Positions 26,297 through 32,000 of a stretch of DNA of 32,000 nt are shown one piece after another. The stretch comes from Promethearchaeota archaeon. Its GTDB lineage: Archaea > Asgardarchaeota > Hermodarchaeia > Hermodarchaeales > Hermodarchaeaceae. A program made the position numbers and the translations under genes. Numbering within the stretch: the stretch's first letter is position 1; the number at the start of each line of letters is the position of its first letter. The notes beneath the pieces were generated by a model. The model was not told the origin of the DNA and did not search any database. It saw only the letters and a list, made by a program, of their open reading frames with translations. The DNA lies in NCBI GenBank assembly GCA_048938295.1, contig JBHLMI010000011.1, positions 30,001-62,000 of the forward strand. The letters run 5' to 3'.

Positions 26297-27640
26297 TCAT
26301 GTTTTTCGTTCTCCAGCTTCTCTAAATCTATAATCTGTATGAGCTGCACAAGAAACGCAGGGATCAAAACATCGAACAGCCATCATAGCCCGTTCAAGGA
26401 TTTTTTCATTTGGCCAACCAAGATTTATGCAAGCACTCATGACGTTTTGTACAATCACCGCTATCGCACGGGCATTAAGCTCTGTTGGCACTCGAATGTC
26501 GATATCTTTGATTCTGTTGCTACTATTTGTACTTACTCGGTAAAGGAGAATTCCCCGTGGAGCTTCAACTGCACTAGCTCCGATTCTAGTTCCTGGTGTC
26601 AACCCAATTGAAGAGTCTTCATCTTTCGACCATTCTGTTTCCAACAGGTTGATTGCATTTGTGAGAGCGAATTCCATTTCGTCAATTCGAAGAAGCCCGG
26701 TTTGGAACAGGTTAGGCACTCCTATGTACGATTTCTTACTTTTCGTTGGCTTAGACTGAAGTACAGCTAGTCGGGCATAAGGCCCCGCTAAGAGATTCTT
26801 GGATTCGTCGTTTGATTTGATGTAGACAACTTTTGTGGGGGCATCTAACAGGTCCTGCTCCACTAAGTATTCAGAGAAATCATCACAGGCAACGGTTTCA
26901 TGTGTTCCATCATCAGAAATGAAATGGACCTGATTAAGACCAGAAAACCGGTTGGCCTTTGTTTCAAAGGAGCTAATATAAAGTGGAAGAGGAAGTGCAT
27001 AGTGTTGGATTTCCTCTTCGATTTCATCTAGTAGCGAATTGTAGTATTCTTTAGTCCATTTCACTCCCGAGAGCGTTGAAGAAAGTTGTTGGATAAGATC
27101 TTGCTGTTGAGTGCTATTGATGTTTTGAACGACTCCACCTGGAATCAGGTTAAAGGCTAAATTAGTATTACCTGCTGTTGCGGTGATTAACGCTTCTGCA
27201 CACTCGTATAATTTTGTAGCAATTGGTAGAACTCGTGGTTGCATGCGATCAATGCCAAGGATGTCTTGTCGAGAGATTTGGTTTGTAAGATACATCAAAT
27301 CAGCCAAAGTAGAAAAGAACACACTATATGTGTGCGATCGGATGATTTCTCCCAAGAGCGCCAGTTCGCGGATTAACTCGGCAATTGGGGGAATTGATAC
27401 ATCTGTAGTCGATTCAATTGCTTTTATTGCTCCTATTCTATGGGCAACTGGACAAATTCCACAGATCCGCGGAACAATTTTTGGTAAGTCATTAATGTGT
27501 TGTCCAATTAGAACGTTCAAAAAGTCCCGTGCCGTTGGCATGTTATATACAACATTTGTTATGCGATCTTTGTCTCGCGTTACAATGAGCTTGCTTTCGC
27601 CTTCTATCCGTGTCATTGGTAAGGATAGTCGAATTTTCAT
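26297..27640 (-). CDS. mvhA: Group 3 [NiFe]-hydrogenase large subunit (MvhA-like)
   Basis: L1 RICGICPVAH, L2 DPCVSCAAH plus a 13 aa cleavable extension, EAPRG and VPT..N. ATGA overlap with the small-subunit gene. Confidence 0.88.
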   Translation of the reverse strand: MKIRLSLPMTRIEGESKLIVTRDKDRITNVVYNMPTARDFLNVLIGQHINDLPKIVPRICGICPVAHRIGAIKAIESTTDVSIPPIAELIRELALLGEIIRSHTYSVFFSTLADLMYLTNQISRQDILGIDRMQPRVLPIATKLYECAEALITATAGNTNLAFNLIPGGVVQNINSTQQQDLIQQLSSTLSGVKWTKEYYNSLLDEIEEEIQHYALPLPLYISSFETKANRFSGLNQVHFISDDGTHETVACDDFSEYLVEQDLLDAPTKVVYIKSNDESKNLLAGPYARLAVLQSKPTKSKKSYIGVPNLFQTGLLRIDEMEFALTNAINLLETEWSKDEDSSIGLTPGTRIGASAVEAPRGILLYRVSTNSSNRIKDIDIRVPTELNARAIAVIVQNVMSACINLGWPNEKILERAMMAVRCFDPCVSCAAHTDYRFREAGERKT

Positions 27641-28371
27641 TGTTTAAACTTCAGCTCCGGTTTTTGATATCTAAAAGCGAGAGCCGCATACTTACGAATG
27701 GCGTCGCTGACTTTTATGAGAGAGAAGAAATTAGCGAGAGTCGAGGGTAGATTCCGGTCTATGGCACCCATACAGCCATCACAGGGAGTGGCTCCCTTAA
27801 TACAAAGGGCTTCACACCCTGCACGGGTTATTGGGCCTAAACAGAGTATTCCCTCGCGTAAAAAACAGCTTTGGGGAGGGCGTACGTTATGTAAGGACGT
27901 TATCTCAACATCAAATGCTTGATCTTGGGCAAACGGGCATTCTCCACACACGTTTTTGTCAGGGAGTTCGATTTCAGAACCATCAATTGCGCTCATCAAC
28001 AGATTTCCAAGTAACTTTCGTGGTGGCGGACAGCCAGGTAATGACATGTATAAGTCAACGAATTTACTGATGGGATCTATACGCATGTTGGGGGATTGGC
28101 TCATTATTCCACCGAGAACGGCACAGCTTCCCAAAGCGATGATTTTGGTTCCTGCGGTCCATAGTCTTCGAAGAAGTTCCGCGTCTTCATCTCGAGTGAC
28201 TCCACCTTCTACAAATGCGATATCTAAATCCGTGTCAACTTGAACATCAGAGATTAATCGAAACACACGAATATCAACTGATTTAAGGAGTTCAGGGAAT
28301 AGGGCGCTACCAAGTATGGCAAACATACACCCGCTACAGGAGTTTAGTTGAAGAAAACCAATCTTAGTCAT
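27637..28371 (-). CDS. mvhG: Group 3 [NiFe]-hydrogenase small subunit (MvhG/HydD-like)
   Basis: SCSGC, VEGG, GSC, PGCPP, VCGECP and CLGPITRAGCEALC...PCDGCMG. TAATG overlap with the upstream gene. Confidence 0.88.
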   Translation of the reverse strand: MTKIGFLQLNSCSGCMFAILGSALFPELLKSVDIRVFRLISDVQVDTDLDIAFVEGGVTRDEDAELLRRLWTAGTKIIALGSCAVLGGIMSQSPNMRIDPISKFVDLYMSLPGCPPPRKLLGNLLMSAIDGSEIELPDKNVCGECPFAQDQAFDVEITSLHNVRPPQSCFLREGILCLGPITRAGCEALCIKGATPCDGCMGAIDRNLPSTLANFFSLIKVSDAIRKYAALAFRYQKPELKFKQ

Positions 28372-30899
28372 TAGCCTAATAGCTCCTCTAATTCAGTGGA
28401 AAATTGATTGACCTGGTTCGCGAACACGTGACCTTCAACGGCTGACACATTCAATACGCGTACACGTTTTTGTAGTTCGTCTCCATAAAAATCTGCGAGA
28501 ACACCAATTCGTGTCTGAGCCTTCTTGATACCCTCAAAGAACCGGCAAGCTGTTTCATGACAGCCAACAACCATAACACCATCAAATCCGTGGTTTAACG
28601 CTGTTATTACATAATTTGCATCGATTGAACCCGCGCATGGCAGTCTAATGACCATTGCACCAGGATCATAGTCCAGTCGACGAATGCCTGCATTATCCAC
28701 TGCCGGGTATCCACATGAGTTGCAGGAAAACACAATTATTCGGGGGGAGGCTGTGCTCATTGAGAGGGCATTCATTGCAGCTTGAACCTCCTCCTGAATT
28801 GGAGGGGAAGCCAGAGCTCCGGTTGGGCATATTGCGATGCAGGCTCCACAGCCTTCACATTTTAGCGTATCGATACGAAGTGTGTCAGCTATGATGGCGA
28901 GAGCGTTAAAGGGACAGGACTCTACACAGAGATTACAAAGCCCACATTTTTCTTGATTAATTTGAATTGGTATGTCCCCTGCAGGGAGGCTATCTTTTCC
29001 TAATAGAAGAAGAACTTCTAATGCGGTATCTCGAGAATCTGCTACTAAGTCGGCATAAGCTTTAGGACCAGTTATAGACCCACAAGCCCAAATACCTGAG
29101 GATAAGCTCTTTGGGTCAATGAAACCTCGTCTATCCAAGGAAAAATTCGTCATACTACGAAGGGTTAGCTGTTGGTCTCCTGGCGTCATACCCATATTGA
29201 GAACAATAAGATCTGCTGGGAATGAATTTGAATCAGTTTGGATTAAGCGTTTATGCCCCCGATGAATGATCTTAATGCTTTCACAAAAGTGAATATGAGA
29301 ATATTCTGGGATGAAGGTGCTTCGATCAGGGGGAATTAAGGCTATCTGGTAAAGGACATTGATGGAAGTATTGGGCGCCTTTTTTTCTACAATCTCTAGG
29401 TATTTGAGCGCGAGGTTACAGCAGTAGTTTGAACAAGCCTTGGTTCGGTTCTGACATTGAAGAACAATTATGGAACGGGCAGGTTGGCCGGTTGTTGGGC
29501 AGATTATATTGCCTCCTGTTGGTCCATCAGGCGCTAGCATACGTTCAAATTCGGATGAAGTGATAATATCCTTAGCAGGGTTATATTGAATTGCTCCTTG
29601 AGATGGCAAGGTTTTAGGATCGCATACTTCTGCGCCTGTTGCAAGAATTATGGCACCAACCGTGAACTTCTTGGTTACAGGTTCTTGATCAAGATTAATC
29701 GCTTTAGATGGGCATGCTTTTTCGCATTTTCGGCATGTCCGGCAAAAATCAATATCCTCCTGTTCAATGACGGGTCTACTAGGATATGCGGCAGGGCAAG
29801 GCACATGGATGAGTTTACGTTGGCTAATATGGTACTCAAATGCATCTGGACGAGACTCAGGACACGTATCGACACAAGAGCCGCACATTATGCATTTTGA
29901 TAAATCGACATATCGGGGCTGTTGCAGAGCAGTAATCTCATAATTGCCAATTGTTCCTGAAATATCGGAGAGTTCGGTATTAGTAAGAATTCGTATGTTC
30001 CCTGAAAGCATAACTGAGGATACATCCTCAGCAATCATACATGGACCACAATCGATAGCCCCATAGATGCTTTCCCATCGCCGCGCGATTCCACCTAGAC
30101 ATGACTCTTTCTCTAGCAGAATAATGGAATAGTTGGATTGAGCCAAAACCTTGGCAACCTCTACTCCAGCTAGTCCACCACCAATGATGGCGGCACTTTT
30201 CCGAATTGGTAACGTACGCTTTGGAATTGAGACCCGATGCCGGAGCATCTCAGCGCTGGCCCGTATTAGAAGTAACGCTTTTTCTGTGGCTTGCTCGGGT
30301 TTATTTCTATGAACCCAAGCACAATGTTCACGTATGTTCGCGAATTCAATGGGTATATCCAATTGCATTCGAATAGCGGTAAACATTTGGCTGTGAAGGT
30401 GAGGGGAGCAGGCTGCAATTACAAGATTATTCAGAAAATACCGATCACACCATGCTTTTAGTTTCTCAACGTTTTCTAACAAACATAAATGCTGAAACAC
30501 CATTGTACGTTCAACATATGGCAGATCATTGACTTTCTCCATAAGCTCCCCGACATTAATGGCTTGATGAATTTCCTCCCCACAAGAACAGACAATTACG
30601 CCAATACGGAAAATTGCTCCTCGTGAATCCGCTTCGCTCAGATCGATTGCCTCTCCGGCCATCAATTGTTCCTTGGCGGTCATTAGGCGGATTGCATTTG
30701 TTCCTGCGGCGGAAAGTTGATAGAAGCCATTCCGTTTCTCTATGAACCCCTCCAGTTTTTTGAGATGATAATTGAAGAGACCTGTTTTCGTGAGCCCTAA
30801 TCTTTTCATCAAATCATTATAGGTGATTAGTCGTTCAGCGTCTAATATTCGAAGAATTTGTTCGCGGAGTGGATGGGCCAAAGCCGCATATACATTCAT
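28371..30899 (-). CDS. hdrA: Winged-HTH - HdrA - MvhD fusion protein
   Basis: Residues 1-75 are wHTH-like (HPLREQILRIL...FNYHLKKL...YQLS..G). HdrA motifs follow: CSCG, AACSP, NIREHCAWVH, GGGLAG, DCGPC, two ferredoxin pairs, EFERML and CSNYCC...K. The C-terminus is MvhD-like (CNSCGY, RLPCAG, GCH...CRF). Confidence 0.9.
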   Translation of the reverse strand: MNVYAALAHPLREQILRILDAERLITYNDLMKRLGLTKTGLFNYHLKKLEGFIEKRNGFYQLSAAGTNAIRLMTAKEQLMAGEAIDLSEADSRGAIFRIGVIVCSCGEEIHQAINVGELMEKVNDLPYVERTMVFQHLCLLENVEKLKAWCDRYFLNNLVIAACSPHLHSQMFTAIRMQLDIPIEFANIREHCAWVHRNKPEQATEKALLLIRASAEMLRHRVSIPKRTLPIRKSAAIIGGGLAGVEVAKVLAQSNYSIILLEKESCLGGIARRWESIYGAIDCGPCMIAEDVSSVMLSGNIRILTNTELSDISGTIGNYEITALQQPRYVDLSKCIMCGSCVDTCPESRPDAFEYHISQRKLIHVPCPAAYPSRPVIEQEDIDFCRTCRKCEKACPSKAINLDQEPVTKKFTVGAIILATGAEVCDPKTLPSQGAIQYNPAKDIITSSEFERMLAPDGPTGGNIICPTTGQPARSIIVLQCQNRTKACSNYCCNLALKYLEIVEKKAPNTSINVLYQIALIPPDRSTFIPEYSHIHFCESIKIIHRGHKRLIQTDSNSFPADLIVLNMGMTPGDQQLTLRSMTNFSLDRRGFIDPKSLSSGIWACGSITGPKAYADLVADSRDTALEVLLLLGKDSLPAGDIPIQINQEKCGLCNLCVESCPFNALAIIADTLRIDTLKCEGCGACIAICPTGALASPPIQEEVQAAMNALSMSTASPRIIVFSCNSCGYPAVDNAGIRRLDYDPGAMVIRLPCAGSIDANYVITALNHGFDGVMVVGCHETACRFFEGIKKAQTRIGVLADFYGDELQKRVRVLNVSAVEGHVFANQVNQFSTELEELLG

Positions 30900-30973
30900 C
30901 TTGGGGTCCTTCTCGTGATTTCTGTGGAGAAATACCTTAGATAACTCTAATTGTCAAGAAACATAACTTAGAC

Positions 30974-31004
30974 AAAAAAGCTTGCCCTGTTTAAAAAGGC
31001 AAGC
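30974..31004 (-). terminator. Stem-loop plus T6 run (terminator of the zinc-finger gene, or an operator flanking the hdrA TATA box)
   Basis: Minus strand GCTTGCC-N11-GGCAAGC-TTTTTT. The loop contains TTTTTAAA. Confidence 0.45.
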
Positions 31005-31041
31005 AATGGCTGCAACTATTCTTGCTACTTCTGATGAGAAA

Positions 31042-31272
31042 TTACATCTTTTTACTCTCAGAAGTAGGAATGGGAGCACGATAGCGCGTTTGATAGCAAT
31101 TGCGGCAAATGTAGCGAGGCATAACGTTAAGCGCACCACACCATGGGCATTTCCAAAAATCGATCGTTGTTAGTGTCACATCGGCCTCACGTCGGATATA
31201 ACGACAATGCTGGCATAAACGTAAATGAATAAAATTTGATACTCCACATTTCGGACACGTCCAATACTTCAA
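31042..31272 (-). CDS. Small protein with two RanBP2/NZF-type zinc fingers
   Basis: WTCPKCGVSNFIHLRLCQHC and WKCPWCGALNVMPRYICRNC both fit W-x-C-x2-C-x3-N-x6-C-x2-C exactly. Likely start is TTG 31272 after GGGGTG; the ORF is open to 31287. Confidence 0.82.
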   Translation of the reverse strand: MKYWTCPKCGVSNFIHLRLCQHCRYIRREADVTLTTIDFWKCPWCGALNVMPRYICRNCYQTRYRAPIPTSESKKM

Positions 31273-31580
31273 ATTCCACCACCCCACGAGGATCTCTTAT
31301 TGCTACTTTCTCATTAAATCTCCTAAGTTGTGCTATAGGATGCGCGGGTTTCATAGCGACTCTATATTGATTTCAGCCGAATCTTCACATCCTAGCATAT
31401 AGTAGGAGGGAACGAAAAAACAAAAACACTCTGAAAAACATCATTTCCAAAGTGTGACAAATAATTTTATCTTGAGCTTGTTGTCAATCTTGACAAACGC
31501 TTTCCAAATATCAGCAGAAACGCGATTCTGTGATGGTTTTTCGTAGTATTATGAAAATTAAGCTTTCATAGTGTTAGACT

Positions 31581-31907
31581 TCATTTTATTTGTTCAAGTT
31601 TCTCTAGCATTTGTTGGCGATATCGTTCTAAAGCGGTTTTCCCCTCATCAGAGAGTTGGATGAGCGTGTGGGGAATTTTATCAACGAATTCTTTGGTGAT
31701 CCTAACATAGCCGACGGTTTCCAGTTTGCTGAGATGAGAAGAGAGATTACCGCGCGTGAGGCCCGTGCGGCGTAAGATGAACAGGAAATCTGCACTCTCG
31801 ACTTCTTTGAGAATGGTGAGGATTTTCAGACGTGCTGGCGAATGGACAATAGGATCAACATCCTCATCCTCGATGGAAGAGAATGGGGGGGAGTTAGAGG
31901 AGGGCAT
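31581..31907 (-). CDS. Winged-HTH transcriptional regulator (MarR-like/HTH_34-type)
   Basis: DPIVHSPARL.IL..L, TGLTRGNLSSHLSKLE..GYV and LS.EG motifs. SD AGGTGA precedes ATG 31907. Confidence 0.88.
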   Translation of the reverse strand: MPSSNSPPFSSIEDEDVDPIVHSPARLKILTILKEVESADFLFILRRTGLTRGNLSSHLSKLETVGYVRITKEFVDKIPHTLIQLSDEGKTALERYRQQMLEKLEQIK

Positions 31908-32000
31908 GGGGCGTCTCACCTTCAATGGACTCGGTGTGTTCGACTGGATAGTGGTGCAGGAATCGGAGAAACAGGATAGTGCCGAATAAGAGAGCGAGGA
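31894..32000 (-). CDS. C-terminal fragment of a probable membrane protein, truncated by the window edge
   Basis: Open frame LALLFGTILFLRFLHHYPVEHTESIEGETPHALL-stop, overlapping the start of the regulator gene. Confidence 0.5.
   Translation of the reverse strand, partial: LALLFGTILFLRFLHHYPVEHTESIEGETPHALL

Noticed and set aside
26297-30899. Selenocysteine recoding in HdrA, MvhD or the hydrogenase subunits
   Set aside because: All expected metal-ligand positions are ordinary Cys within uninterrupted ORFs. The terminal TGA codons fall at natural C-termini.
1708-31989. Numerous 60-155 aa antisense or alternate-frame ORFs (e.g. 1708..2082, 3842..4219, 16057..16407, 27183..27647)
   Set aside because: They lie within well-supported genes and show no family motifs, so they are treated as shadow ORFs.

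Overview
This is an archaeal genomic window. The Shine-Dalgarno motifs are AGGTGA/GGAGG, the promoters are TATA-like, and the gene content suggests an anaerobic sediment lineage, possibly Asgard or Bathyarchaeia; the taxonomy is inference. Left part: GDT1 transporter, CrtI-like FAD oxidoreductase, CPA2 antiporter, membrane-anchored gingipain (C25)-PKD protease, and a nikMNQO ECF transporter with a NikR-type box. Middle: a minus-strand run (2 MFS, 2 alpha/beta hydrolases, CysK-like enzyme, ChrB-like protein, nitroreductase, DUF362, NikR), followed on the plus strand by a P1B ATPase (divergent from nikR), CysM and a CBS protein. Right part: an Hsp20 plus Phr/HSR1-like repressor pair sharing a palindromic operator, and the most unusual locus, a winged-HTH-HdrA-MvhD triple fusion translationally coupled to a divergent group 3 [NiFe]-hydrogenase. 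No hdrBC is present in the window. This locus is followed by an NAD(P)-type methylene-H4MPT dehydrogenase fused to a TraB/ChaN-like domain. Signals outside the supplied ORF calls or unannotated there: a frameshifted orphan PGF-CTERM sorting signal, a ~45-75 bp intergenic repeat in three copies, and a tandem RanBP2-type zinc-finger protein. No rRNA, tRNA, CRISPR array or transposase was recognised. All assignments come from motif recognition by eye, and no database searches were run.
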